Part shown: piece by piece, positions 28,564 through 38,615 of the stretch | How the letters are laid out: every line of letters starts with the position of its first letter | Position numbering within the stretch: position 1 is the stretch's first letter | IMG/VR virus record: IMGVR_UViG_3300049215_000529 | Location: 124,001-188,000 of that record | Length of the DNA: 64,000 nt | Reading direction: 5' to 3' (one strand) | The notes under the pieces: generated by a model | What the model was told of the DNA's origin: nothing | Database searches by the model: none | What the model saw: the letters and a program-made list of their open reading frames with translations, nothing else | Made by a program: the position numbers and the translations under genes

Positions 28564-29382
28564 TTAGCTCCCCATAGTAGAAAGAATGATTAGTTCATTC
28601 TTATGTTTCCAATTTTCTTTCTTACCATTGATGCAATAGCGGGCGGCTAGGTCAATAACTTGCTTTGACTTATACATCTGCCGCGTCTCATAACAGTCAT
28701 CGTAAGAAAGAACCCAATTGGTTCTGTTTTCTAGAATCTTTGCCAGATTTTCATGCTCCTGGGGCTTCATAGTCTCATGATAAAGGATGTTTCCTTTGAC
28801 GAAATATGGCGGGTCTAAGTAGACTGGCATGCTCATCTGAGTCAGCACAGGATAAGTCGCCACATCTTGATTGTCAACCGTAGTGCGCCCTGCTAATAAT
28901 TTGTGGCAGTGCAGTATTTTTGCCTTTAGTTTCTTGTAGTTATAGCGACAGTCAACTGTATATTTCGATTTTTGATCTTTACCACCGATGGGTCCGCTAT
29001 AAAAGATACCTGAAAAGGTGGTTCGATTGAAGAAGATAGCCTTGTAGGCACACTTAATTTCGTCCCGTGTATCCTCTTCACGTAATTTATAAAATAGTTC
29101 TAGCGTCGGGACAGCCTCCATGAGCTTCAGCAGCTGGTCCAATTTATTGGTATCTGTGTCAGCCACGACCTTCCAGAAGCAATACATCCAATAATCTTTG
29201 TCATTGGCATACAATTGAACCTTAGGATACTTACGAGCAACCTCTAGAAGTACCGAACCCCCACCCACAAACACATCTGCAAAAGAACTCTGACCTTCCA
29301 TCATCTTATCCATATGTTCCATCAGTATCGGCAGTAGCTTATTTTTGGAACCAGGATATCGGAAGGGAGTTATAGTTGCCAT
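28564..29382 (-). CDS. DNA adenine methyltransferase (Dam/D12 class)
   Basis: FRYPGSK, FVGGGS, NRTTFSG, LDPPY. Confidence 0.9.
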   Translation of the reverse strand: MATITPFRYPGSKNKLLPILMEHMDKMMEGQSSFADVFVGGGSVLLEVARKYPKVQLYANDKDYWMYCFWKVVADTDTNKLDQLLKLMEAVPTLELFYKLREEDTRDEIKCAYKAIFFNRTTFSGIFYSGPIGGKDQKSKYTVDCRYNYKKLKAKILHCHKLLAGRTTVDNQDVATYPVLTQMSMPVYLDPPYFVKGNILYHETMKPQEHENLAKILENRTNWVLSYDDCYETRQMYKSKQVIDLAARYCINGKKENWKHKNELIILSTMGS

Positions 29383-29990
29383 AATTCGTTAGGATGCTTT
29401 AATAGGTCGTCGCAATATACGGCGACTTTGTTTCCGCGCAAGGACTGCTTCTTCATTTCTTTGAAAAGCTTCTTATCGTGCAACCATTGCACTTTAACAA
29501 TAGCTCTGATTGTACCAAATCTTTTTGGTACATTCAAAGAAACAAACGCTACATAGTGATTTGGATCAACTTCTTTAAAGACTCCAGTATCACAATCATA
29601 TTTTCCGCCATTACCAAATTGAAAAACCCAAGACTCACCGAAGCTGAGGGCAGATTCAATGTCTTGGGACTTGACAGCAACACGAATAGACGAGCCAGTA
29701 TCACTCAAATCAGGTGACCATGACTTATCTCTCTTATCATAAATGTTATGATCGGGTTTAGATAAGTTGGGAAGCGTAGCTACTAGCTTTTCGTAGACAC
29801 CCTCTTCACCAATCTTGCCGTTTCGAATATCTTTGACAATCTTTTCTACATCAAACTGATTGCGTCTAGCATATTTGTCAGCGCTCGTATTGACCGAAGC
29901 CTTGGCAAAGGTAACACACCTATCATAAACACCAGCATTAATTAAAAATTTTGGATCACTTATCGTCATGGAAACATCCTCTGACGACAT
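29370..29990 (-). CDS. Putative PD-(D/E)XK nuclease-fold protein
   Basis: GKIGE...SPDL...VAVKSQ spacing; overlaps the MTase start. Confidence 0.4.
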   Translation of the reverse strand: MSSEDVSMTISDPKFLINAGVYDRCVTFAKASVNTSADKYARRNQFDVEKIVKDIRNGKIGEEGVYEKLVATLPNLSKPDHNIYDKRDKSWSPDLSDTGSSIRVAVKSQDIESALSFGESWVFQFGNGGKYDCDTGVFKEVDPNHYVAFVSLNVPKRFGTIRAIVKVQWLHDKKLFKEMKKQSLRGNKVAVYCDDLLKHPNELWQL

Positions 29991-30002
29991 ATACCGGCAG
30001 TC

Positions 30003-30263
30003 TTAGCCGTATTTTCTACAAGAATAACAAATCATAGAGCCATCTTTTTGATTAGGCTCAGCATATGGGTAAAGCTCTTTGCATTTTTTACAAACACAAC
30101 CTTCAGAATTCTTCTTTGGTTCCAAGTCTTTAATAAAATCAAAATCAAATGACTCTCCAAATGCCCAAGAATCATTGTCATCTTGACATTTTTGAACGTT
30201 CTGATGCATTGAACCAGAGTCAAGATCTATTAAATCCATTCCCATCATACATAAATAACACAT
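30003..30263 (-). CDS. Small Zn-finger hypothetical protein
   Basis: CKKC...CYSC. Confidence 0.55.
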   Translation of the reverse strand: MCYLCMMGMDLIDLDSGSMHQNVQKCQDDNDSWAFGESFDFDFIKDLEPKKNSEGCVCKKCKELYPYAEPNQKDGSMICYSCRKYG

Positions 30264-30305
30264 TAAGTTGTCCTTTGTCTAGGTTTATGTATTGTAAGTA
30301 GCAGG

Positions 30306-31112
30306 TTAAATAAAGATATGTTCTTCATTCCTTACTGAATCATAGTACTTGGCGTTATTAACCTTGCATTCAATGTTACGAGAGACGTGAATCCAGCAAT
30401 CTGTATGAGTGTGTCCTGCCAAAACTGTAACATTTCTCTTCTTACGCTCACTCATAACCTTCTCAATAGCCTTTCCCAGCCTCAAATTGACATTATAAGG
30501 CAAGAAATATGGTTCCAGCAACGTTCCTTCATCACGAGTTGCTTCCTTCCAAGGAGGAAAGTGAGTGAGAATGTAGATGGTTTTGTAGTCTTGCTCTAGA
30601 GCTTTCTCTAACTTGTCCGCTAAAATTTCACAGCTTTGGTCTGCAAGGCTGCGAAAACGGTCGATGCAAGCATTAAAATCGGGCAGTTTCCTAAAATCTT
30701 CAGTCAAAAACCAATCAAAAGAGACTCTAAGATAGTTTGGGTTGCCCATTTGGGCATCATACCATCCCTCAGTCCCAATGATTGCGACCTCTGGTGTCAA
30801 TGAAATAACGTCAGAGCCGGTTAACCAAACTAGATTAGGATACTTTTTGCACAGCGCTCGGATCTTTTTATGCTGTTTAGAGATACTAGTGAAGTGATAA
30901 TCGTGATTGCCAAGTACAAAATAGATTGGACACTTGATAAACCGGGCTAATAACTTCAAATGCCAACATGTTAGGATGCCATTCGAGATATCTCCGGTAA
31001 GAAAAATTCCTTTGGGCTTTTCTTTCTTAATGTGTCTAATAAATTTAATCAGCGTCCAAGGCGCTACCTTATCAAGATGAGTGTCTGTGTACCAAAGATA
31101 TTTGTCCTTCAT
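30306..31112 (-). CDS. Metallophosphoesterase (CpdA-like)
   Basis: TDTH, TGDI, GNHD, THF, GHTH. Confidence 0.85.
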   Translation of the reverse strand: MKDKYLWYTDTHLDKVAPWTLIKFIRHIKKEKPKGIFLTGDISNGILTCWHLKLLARFIKCPIYFVLGNHDYHFTSISKQHKKIRALCKKYPNLVWLTGSDVISLTPEVAIIGTEGWYDAQMGNPNYLRVSFDWFLTEDFRKLPDFNACIDRFRSLADQSCEILADKLEKALEQDYKTIYILTHFPPWKEATRDEGTLLEPYFLPYNVNLRLGKAIEKVMSERKKRNVTVLAGHTHTDCWIHVSRNIECKVNNAKYYDSVRNEEHIFI

Positions 31113-31165
31113 GCTTACACTCTATGCTGAAAACGGCAGATCACTACAAGAAAGTTACTTATTTG

Positions 31166-33040
31166 TTACTTGACCAAATCCAAAAACTCTTCTTCCGAAA
31201 TCAAGTTAGTGCCCAGCTTACGTGCAGCTTGCGCCTTTGAACTTGTGCTGCTAGGGTCAGCAATTACCAAGTAGGTAAGTCCTTTGCCCACAGAACTCTT
31301 AACATCAGCACCAGCCTCAGCCGCCATCTTCTCCAAGAGTGGGCGCTTGTTCTTCATAGCGCCAGTGAAACAGACTGACTTGCCAGTCATATTACCAATT
31401 ATTTTGGCTTTGACCTCTACTCCATTGTTAAGTAAGTCCAAAATCAATTTCTGATTGTGTCGCAAACCATCTGCCAAGAACTTTGCCTTGGTCGGACCAA
31501 CACCCGGCACTTGTTCAAAGGCTTCGGCATTGAGTTGCCCAAACTTCTCTAGTGTATCACAGCCCGCGTTCATGATTGCCTTGATTGTGCTTTGACCAAT
31601 CATCGGAATACTAAGGGCTCCAAGCAAAACTTCCAGACCAATCTCTTTGTTAGCCCATAGAATGTCCAAACACTTCTGCGCGGTCTTGTCCCCCAAGCGA
31701 TCTAGCTCAGAGATATCTGTTAGCTTCAAGGTGTATAGGTCAGCAACTGTAGTAACCTTCTTGGCATCCACTAGTTTCTCAACCAAAGAATCGCCCCACT
31801 CAAGTAGATTAAGCTCTTTGACCCAGTTCTTGATACGACCAATGACCTGTGCACGGCAACGTTTAGTGTTGCCACACATCAAATTCTCACCATCCATCTT
31901 GGTCAGACCGCCACATTCAGGGCAGAAGTGAGGCGCCTTGGCAACTTTGCCAGTACCCTTGACCAACTCTTCAATGCGAGGGATAACATCATTGGCTCGG
32001 GCAACCAAAACAGTTGCGCCGATATCCAACTTCAACTCTTCAATGTATGACATATTGTAGATGCTAGCTCGGGTGACTGTCGCGCCCACTAGTTGCACAG
32101 GATCAACCACAGCAACCGGAGTAATACGTCCGCTGTTACCTACTTGCCAAATGATATCACGAATGACTGACTCGCGAGCTTCGTTATCAAACTTGAAAGC
32201 AATAGCTCCCTTGGGTCGCATATCCTTGTCACCAAGTGCAAGTTGCTTCTCCATGTTGTCAACACGAATTACCAAGCCGTCGATATCGTAATCCAACTTG
32301 TCACGCTTGTCATCTTGATACTCTCGCCAATGCTTATTGACCATATCAGCATTCTTCATTACCCACCAGTTGGGGGTATCGAGGTCTTGATTGACGAGCC
32401 ATACGAATTGCAACTGCTCATTACCAAAGTCTACATCGCCTAGCACCTGATAGAACATGATGTTGAGCTTATCAACACCTACGCCATCCAAGCGCTTGCT
32501 GGTACCAGAGGCTGCATTACGAGGATTAGCCTTGTCAGCAAAGTATTGCTTGTGGTTGCTCCTGGTCATGATAATTTCGCCACGCAAGGAACCAGTAAAC
32601 TTGTCTTTCAGATGAGACCGAACACCACCCATCTTAACAACGTTGACTGTAATGTCTTCACCAGTCTCGCCATCACCACGAGTAATGGCTTGTACGAGGC
32701 TACCCTTTTCGTAAATCAGCTCGATGGATAGACCGTCAAGCTTCTCAGTAACGAAAAGTTTGCCATCAGGGTAAGTATCTTCAACCCATTTGGACAGCTC
32801 GGCAGGTGTATTGACTTTATCCAATGAGCCCATGGGGATTTGATGCTTGGCTTTCTTCCATTCAGAAGGGACGATAGGAGCACCAATTGCAGTGACAGCC
32901 TTGCTGGTAGGGTCTAAAGTTCGCAATTCATCTACCCAGGCATCGTATACCTTATCCGAAACAGAGGGTTGATGGTTGTAATAATCAGTGCGGGCTTGGA
33001 AAATCTTGTTTTCTAGCTCTTTGATACGATCCTTCGTCAT
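31166..33040 (-). CDS. ligA: NAD-dependent DNA ligase
   Basis: EKLDG, TRGDG, NPRNAASG, DGLVI, AFKF, Zn finger, HhH, BRCT. Confidence 0.97.
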   Translation of the reverse strand: MTKDRIKELENKIFQARTDYYNHQPSVSDKVYDAWVDELRTLDPTSKAVTAIGAPIVPSEWKKAKHQIPMGSLDKVNTPAELSKWVEDTYPDGKLFVTEKLDGLSIELIYEKGSLVQAITRGDGETGEDITVNVVKMGGVRSHLKDKFTGSLRGEIIMTRSNHKQYFADKANPRNAASGTSKRLDGVGVDKLNIMFYQVLGDVDFGNEQLQFVWLVNQDLDTPNWWVMKNADMVNKHWREYQDDKRDKLDYDIDGLVIRVDNMEKQLALGDKDMRPKGAIAFKFDNEARESVIRDIIWQVGNSGRITPVAVVDPVQLVGATVTRASIYNMSYIEELKLDIGATVLVARANDVIPRIEELVKGTGKVAKAPHFCPECGGLTKMDGENLMCGNTKRCRAQVIGRIKNWVKELNLLEWGDSLVEKLVDAKKVTTVADLYTLKLTDISELDRLGDKTAQKCLDILWANKEIGLEVLLGALSIPMIGQSTIKAIMNAGCDTLEKFGQLNAEAFEQVPGVGPTKAKFLADGLRHNQKLILDLLNNGVEVKAKIIGNMTGKSVCFTGAMKNKRPLLEKMAAEAGADVKSSVGKGLTYLVIADPSSTSSKAQAARKLGTNLISEEEFLDLVK

Positions 33041-33120
33041 TTTCTATCACCTTTTAGAGGCGGGTAAGTGCAATCCAGGTAAAAATCAGGGCTTCGGATA
33101 CACCTTCCCTCGCCCATCAA

Positions 33121-33149
33121 ATATAGGCATTCGCAGCGTCCATGTCAAG
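33121..33149 (-). promoter_or_regulatory. sigma70-like promoter TTGACA-N17-TATATT upstream of ligA
   Basis: Motif in intergenic DNA. Confidence 0.6.
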
Positions 33150-33168
33150 TTGGCACGGATCTTGCCGG

Positions 33169-33708
33169 TTACTTTTCCTTGGGCTGCTTCATGTACACGA
33201 ATGGGGCTGCAACACCTGCACTAAAATGAGCGGCAGCCTCCAAAGCAACCTTCATTCTGTACTTGGGGTCCTTGCCTACAGTAGTATACAATGAACCAAG
33301 AGCTAAATTAGAGCCACATCCAACTGCGGCATATTGATTGATTGGTTTGCCAACTTGGAAATCACTATCTACAGTATAGAGTGTACCCTTATACCCCACT
33401 AAAAAGGAACCGCCAGAGGATTCTGTGCCATACCCATTTTCAACGAAACACTTAATGGCAGTATCGATGAAGTCAGTGACCATGTATTTCATATCATCCA
33501 TGTGCACCGTCTGTTTCGGCGGGCTAAGTTTGTATCTCAACAGTTGTCCCATACGAAATGAGGTTGTAAAGCCCATAATGAAAGGACCGTTGATAAATAC
33601 CTTTTCGTCCGCTCTAAGAGTAATAGATAGCTCGCTTGCATTAACTCCAGCACTATCACCACCAATATACACGTTGCCTTTGTCTACTAACCCAACAATA
33701 CAAGTCAT
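33169..33708 (-). CDS. HslV/proteasome-like Ntn-hydrolase
   Basis: N-terminal MTCIVG, GDS, EKVF, AVGCG. Confidence 0.75.
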   Translation of the reverse strand: MTCIVGLVDKGNVYIGGDSAGVNASELSITLRADEKVFINGPFIMGFTTSFRMGQLLRYKLSPPKQTVHMDDMKYMVTDFIDTAIKCFVENGYGTESSGGSFLVGYKGTLYTVDSDFQVGKPINQYAAVGCGSNLALGSLYTTVGKDPKYRMKVALEAAAHFSAGVAAPFVYMKQPKEK

Positions 33709-33718
33709 GTAATTTCCT

Positions 33719-34363
33719 TTATCCTACGGTCGGCTCCTGTAGCTCGATAATGGTACTATATCGAGTAATCAGGTGCCTTATTTCATCTCTTACTACAGTG
33801 ATATTTGACAAATACATCGGAGGACAAATTTGCATCATCTGATCAAACAATGGAAAATACTTTTCCTTGGTTTCTTTAACTTGCTTTTTCTGGAATTCGG
33901 GAGTCGTTCCAGGAATCATTAAAGAACGTAGGTTGTCTAGGCGGTCGCAAGCCTTGAGGGCAAGTGCCTTCCAATTTTTACAGTTGTTTAGACGGTCAAG
34001 ATATCCCTCTTTAGGGACCTTGCTCAGGACCTTGACTAAGGATACTACTTCGGTTCCAAAGCAATGCTCTAATAGTTCTGGCGACAGGTCCTGACAATCC
34101 TCGATAGAGTCGTGAAGTAAAGCTGCAATAATCATGTCTTTATCCATGATTTTCATTTCATCCATTAGGACAATGGCAACTCGGCGAACGTGCTCGAAAT
34201 ATCGAGTAGGTTTTCCGTCCGTAAGTTCTTTTCTAGTCTGGGCACGATGCCCGAATTTGGCTAGAGTATATGCGAGTTTGACGTCAAGCTGATCCGAAGG
34301 GCTAAAGTAAGGTCTAATTCTGGATTGAAACGTTTCTTTATTTTCGGTTGCCATATAATTCAA
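33719..34363 (-). CDS. RelA/SpoT-type HD domain, small alarmone hydrolase-like
   Basis: H..QTRK...YFEH...[10 protein letters not shown]...KACDRLDN. Confidence 0.82.
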   Translation of the reverse strand: MNYMATENKETFQSRIRPYFSPSDQLDVKLAYTLAKFGHRAQTRKELTDGKPTRYFEHVRRVAIVLMDEMKIMDKDMIIAALLHDSIEDCQDLSPELLEHCFGTEVVSLVKVLSKVPKEGYLDRLNNCKNWKALALKACDRLDNLRSLMIPGTTPEFQKKQVKETKEKYFPLFDQMMQICPPMYLSNITVVRDEIRHLITRYSTIIELQEPTVG

Positions 34364-34922
34364 TTATCTCCTCAGCATATTTTAGTAAATCTTCTATTCT
34401 TTTACCGCAGGGCTGTTTTGTGCTCCAAAGTTCAAGATTTTCTAGCCTGTTATCATCCCTGTTGCCATTTTTATGATGAACATTCTCACTTTTTAAAAGA
34501 GATCTGCCCAAATATTTTTCCATAACGTATCTGTGTTCAAGAATATATTTACCATCTCTATATACTTTTCGGTAACCACCAGATTTTATTGAGCCATCTC
34601 TACCAGATTTATCAAACCTTTTGGTTCCTCTTAAAGGAATATTGTGCTCTTTTAATACAATGTACAGCTGTTCAGAACAGATTTTGAACTTGTTTTTGAT
34701 TTGATTTATAGTATTTTTCTTATCAAGATACAAATTAATCAATTTAGTTTTTTCACCTGGTTTCCACTGCCTTTGATTGTGAGCAATTCTAGTTGGCTTA
34801 TCAGTAGTTCCGTGACGTTTCCAGCGCCTATAATGCAAATCACATAAATCTCGCGCTACAACTTTTTTATTACAATCTGGTATATTACAAAACCTCATAC
34901 AAGTATGGGGCAATATTACCAT
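34338..34922 (-). CDS. HNH homing endonuclease
   Basis: CxxHY Zn finger; EHRYVM...[16 protein letters not shown]. Confidence 0.85.
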   Translation of the reverse strand: MVILPHTCMRFCNIPDCNKKVVARDLCDLHYRRWKRHGTTDKPTRIAHNQRQWKPGEKTKLINLYLDKKNTINQIKNKFKICSEQLYIVLKEHNIPLRGTKRFDKSGRDGSIKSGGYRKVYRDGKYILEHRYVMEKYLGRSLLKSENVHHKNGNRDDNRLENLELWSTKQPCGKRIEDLLKYAEEIIELYGNRK

Positions 34923-34985
34923 AATTACGGACTATAATCCAGTCTCCATCTCTAGCCTATTTTTAATATAACCACTGCGCGCCCT

Positions 34986-35321
34986 TTAATCAAGCTCGGT
35001 GGAGGCATCGCAATCTTTTTCGTCCTGCCATATTTTTAAAGCATCAGCACGTGATATCTTAAAGTGTCTAAGAAGAGCCTCTAATAAAATATAGTCATTT
35101 GCCTCTTCTTTACGACAAATACAACAGCTATATCTTGTGTTATCGTAATCATCATCGTTCTCATCATTATTTTCGTCCTCACCCTCTTCTTCGTCTAAGG
35201 GTTGTGGGTCAGCACATTTGTTTGAACAAAATTGATTGGAACATTCTTCGCAGAAATAGTAGTTTCCACAATCAGGAAAGTTACGACTACAATTTGCACA
35301 TGTATAAAAATCAACACCCAT
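34986..35321 (-). CDS. Cys-rich hypothetical protein
   Basis: CANC, CEEC, CCIC. Confidence 0.6.
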   Translation of the reverse strand: MGVDFYTCANCSRNFPDCGNYYFCEECSNQFCSNKCADPQPLDEEEGEDENNDENDDDYDNTRYSCCICRKEEANDYILLEALLRHFKISRADALKIWQDEKDCDASTELD

Positions 35322-36424
35322 TATCTCATCTCCACTTCTAGTTCTGAAACGAGCCTTTTTCTAATGGCTCTTTGTATTTTTTCTACTTCTGAGTTTTTTA
35401 GAGTTGTATCAATAGAACGATAAGTCACTCTGTAGCAATGCGAGGTTTTATCCTTCTTTTTAAACTGATCGATTAGTTCAATGGACTCAATGTAGTTGAG
35501 CTTATCTTCTTCACGGGCAATGCTACAGAAGTCATTGTATGTGAATTTAGGGCTAAGATAGAATGACACATCCTTATAGCACATCTCATACTTAGAATAG
35601 GGCTTGAATTTGGTAATCTTGCCAGCCTTGAATTGATCTAAGAAACGCGGGTCAGTGCTCCAGAATAGTCGAATATCAGGGATATCGAACATAACCATTG
35701 CCAATCGCTCTAACCCAAGACCAAATGCCCAGGCTTGAGTACCTGGTAAACCAAGGTCTTTCATGATATCGGGGTGAACGGTACCCGCGCCAAGGATTTC
35801 TAGGTCTTTAGTTGACCCATCTTCCATCTTGAACTTGACCTCTACTTCCAAAGAATCAACTGTAAAAGGGAAGTAGATGTTTTTGTGCTCTGAATCCTCT
35901 AAAAATCGGAAGACACACTTATCACCGAATAGGTGTTTTACCAGTCCTGTTAATCTTTTACGCAAATCCTTCTTAACATCAGTGCCAGGATCTACGATGT
36001 AGAAGGCATCCATCTGATGGAAAGCTGGATAATGGGTCGCATCAATGGCGTCTTTTCGATATACATCACCACAGGTAATATATCGAAGTCTACTTTGACC
36101 ACTGTTAGTATGACCAAGTGGATACAAATAGCAAGTCATGTGTGTTCTTAATACAGTCTTTTCATCTAAATAGAATGTATCAGATGGGCTTCTAGATGGG
36201 TGATCTTCGGGAACACGTAATCTATCGAAATTATATTCGATAGGTACATATGGATTGTCAATATCGATTTTGGCTAAATCCGAAAAGTACTCAAATACCT
36301 TCTCTTTAACAATGGCAATCGGATGATTTGGCTCATTGTACAGATTCTTACCAATTTTTTCGATAATACTGCTAGGGATGTTATTCATAACGTACTTTTG
36401 ACTTTCCAGATTTCCTTTAGCCAT
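35321..36424 (-). CDS. pheS: Monomeric organellar-type phenylalanyl-tRNA synthetase (catalytic plus FDX anticodon-binding domain)
   Basis: NHPI, HPSR..DT.Y, LRTHMT, YRKDAIDATHYPAFHQ, AFGLGLERLAM, DIRLFWS; C-terminal SHCYRVTYRS. Confidence 0.93.
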   Translation of the reverse strand: MAKGNLESQKYVMNNIPSSIIEKIGKNLYNEPNHPIAIVKEKVFEYFSDLAKIDIDNPYVPIEYNFDRLRVPEDHPSRSPSDTFYLDEKTVLRTHMTCYLYPLGHTNSGQSRLRYITCGDVYRKDAIDATHYPAFHQMDAFYIVDPGTDVKKDLRKRLTGLVKHLFGDKCVFRFLEDSEHKNIYFPFTVDSLEVEVKFKMEDGSTKDLEILGAGTVHPDIMKDLGLPGTQAWAFGLGLERLAMVMFDIPDIRLFWSTDPRFLDQFKAGKITKFKPYSKYEMCYKDVSFYLSPKFTYNDFCSIAREEDKLNYIESIELIDQFKKKDKTSHCYRVTYRSIDTTLKNSEVEKIQRAIRKRLVSELEVEMR

Positions 36425-36954
36425 TTGACTGTGCCGTCCGGTGTGGGATGAACTCCATCACCCAGTGGTATGTTCAAGCTCTCTGTATCAATGTAAGCAC
36501 AAGTTGGAGTGACTTTATTTTTTAATAAAGTGTTGATGACATGTTTTTCGCCATGTACGGCGGTTGGTCCCACCCAAATACACTTGAGGTGACGGGCGGT
36601 AACTTCGTTTAATATTCGCTGTACACTTGGTAACCATGGAAAATTGAAATTAACCGTTCCCAAAAAGATGATTACCACATCAGTTCTAGGAGATTGATTC
36701 AGTGCTTCTGTGAAATGACCATCATTCCAATAGGTAATTGGCGTACCACCCTTGTAATGAACTGTAATTGTCTCATTAGGCTGCCTGACGTCATTAAGTT
36801 TCCAGCTGGCATAGCCAGCAGTAGAATCTCCCACTATTGTAATGTTTTGATGTGGAGGAGCAACATCGGTTCCGGCATCTTCTTCTGATAAATTAGATGA
36901 AGAGGCTACTGATTGGCACCCCAAAATCAATGGTAAAAGATAGTACAGTCTCAT
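36385..36954 (-). CDS. SGNH-hydrolase lipoprotein
   Basis: LGC lipobox, GDS, G.VN, DGVHPT. Confidence 0.75.
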   Translation of the reverse strand: MRLYYLLPLILGCQSVASSSNLSEEDAGTDVAPPHQNITIVGDSTAGYASWKLNDVRQPNETITVHYKGGTPITYWNDGHFTEALNQSPRTDVVIIFLGTVNFNFPWLPSVQRILNEVTARHLKCIWVGPTAVHGEKHVINTLLKNKVTPTCAYIDTESLNIPLGDGVHPTPDGTVKWLKEIWKVKSTL

Positions 36955-37505
36955 TCTTCACCCTCATCTATTTCAACAGGCGGGAGTGGATTACTTGAAT
37001 GCCATTTCAAGGCACAAGTAATCTTTTGCCTAGATTGCCAACTTTCACGGCAACGACCATCTGTATAACCAGAAAGCTTATCCAAAGGATTAATTCTTGG
37101 ATTTAGACTTGTACACCAATTGAAGCTTCTTTCAACAAAGTTCAAAGCAAACCCTGCTGCATCTGATAAATTATTGCAAGTTTGAGCCTTGCTGGTATGT
37201 GTTTGCCATGGACCAAAGGCGATACCATTATCACCATTTCGTTTACAGGTAACAGCATTTTTCTCGTATCCAGTTTCAGTAGAGGCAATGGAGGCTAACA
37301 GTAAGGCAGTTTTTACCTTTCCATCATCTCCGCTAAACACAGGAGTACGAGATTCGTCTAGGGCGACCGTCGCCATAGCAAGCGCAATTTCACAATACCT
37401 TAGCAAAGTAGAATCTTCTTTTTCATAATACGAGTGTTCTTTGAGTGGCACCCATGAAACCATGGCTGTCAGCAAGTAACTCGCTAACATAATAACTTTA
37501 ATCAT
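36951..37505 (-). CDS. Exported lysozyme/transglycosylase-like protein
   Basis: Hydrophobic N-terminus; SIASTETGY followed by GPWQ. Confidence 0.45.
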   Translation of the reverse strand: MIKVIMLASYLLTAMVSWVPLKEHSYYEKEDSTLLRYCEIALAMATVALDESRTPVFSGDDGKVKTALLLASIASTETGYEKNAVTCKRNGDNGIAFGPWQTHTSKAQTCNNLSDAAGFALNFVERSFNWCTSLNPRINPLDKLSGYTDGRCRESWQSRQKITCALKWHSSNPLPPVEIDEGEE

Positions 37506-37514
37506 GACATGTCC

Positions 37515-38615
37515 TTATTTTCCTGTTCCCAGGAATTTTTTAATGGATGGCAAGATTTCATTTCGGTTGTTAATTTCACTTAAAATCACCTTATCCTTTT
37601 GAGAAGTCCCAAGAAAGGAGGATTCTAATACTTTGAGGAAATTACCAGTTCCCGAATTAACCTGACCATAACAAAATAAATTGGAGTTAGGGATGATTTT
37701 CGACTCTAATAAAGAGACCGCAACTGCATCATCTGAATCTCCCCAATTGTCTCCGTCACTAAAGTGGAATGGATATACATTATATTCAGCAAATGGATAT
37801 TCATTTTCCATCATAGTGGCACAGAATTTATACGCAGAAGAAATACTAGTACCACCTGATTCAGAGATAGTGAAAAACTGCTCACGATCTACTTCTGATG
37901 CTACTGTATCATGGATAATGAATCGGGATTCAATATCCTTGTACTGATATTTCAGCCATAGATCAATCCAAAATACTTCAGATTTAACTATGTGCTTTTG
38001 TTCGGCTCCCATTGAACCAGATACATCCATCATATAGATAACGACAGTATTGATATTTGGTTCTTCAATAGGAATAGCGGCACGATATCTCCTATCAGCC
38101 TTGATAGGAAACATCCCAGGTTTTCCTGGTTCATAAGTGCCAGAAGCGATATTTCGCTTCAGCATCTCTTTGTAGGTTCTTTTGAAGTGTTTGAGTCCTT
38201 CAGAACCTACCGTTCTAATTCCAGTATATTTGTTTTTACTGGAGGCAATTTTACCTTTGCCCTTCTCATCAACATTTGGAAGAGATAGTTCTTCGCTCAA
38301 AAGTTGAGCTAGTTCATCGGCAGTAAATTCGGCTTGATAGCCATGCTGACCCTCATCATTACCAGCCTTACCTTTTCCTTGACCAGGCTTGCCTTGACCG
38401 TCAATTGGATCACCGTCTTCACCTTCTCCTTGACCTGTACCACCACCATGACTGTGGGTAAAATGGGGCAGGTCAATACTATCAATTGGAATTGAAACGC
38501 GCTTATTTCCCTGCTGTCCGATTAACTGATCGGAGCTTACATATTTGCCAAGGTTGTGCTTTACCTTATTTCGAACGATGTTTTTAAAACGACCAACATC
38601 CTGATCTATTTTCAT
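37515..38615 (-). CDS. yeaH: YeaH/YhbH (DUF444) VWA protein
   Basis: D..RF..IV, MMDVSGSM, HDT.A.EV, GGT..SS, HFSDGDNW. Confidence 0.88.
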   Translation of the reverse strand: MKIDQDVGRFKNIVRNKVKHNLGKYVSSDQLIGQQGNKRVSIPIDSIDLPHFTHSHGGGTGQGEGEDGDPIDGQGKPGQGKGKAGNDEGQHGYQAEFTADELAQLLSEELSLPNVDEKGKGKIASSKNKYTGIRTVGSEGLKHFKRTYKEMLKRNIASGTYEPGKPGMFPIKADRRYRAAIPIEEPNINTVVIYMMDVSGSMGAEQKHIVKSEVFWIDLWLKYQYKDIESRFIIHDTVASEVDREQFFTISESGGTSISSAYKFCATMMENEYPFAEYNVYPFHFSDGDNWGDSDDAVAVSLLESKIIPNSNLFCYGQVNSGTGNFLKVLESSFLGTSQKDKVILSEINNRNEILPSIKKFLGTGK

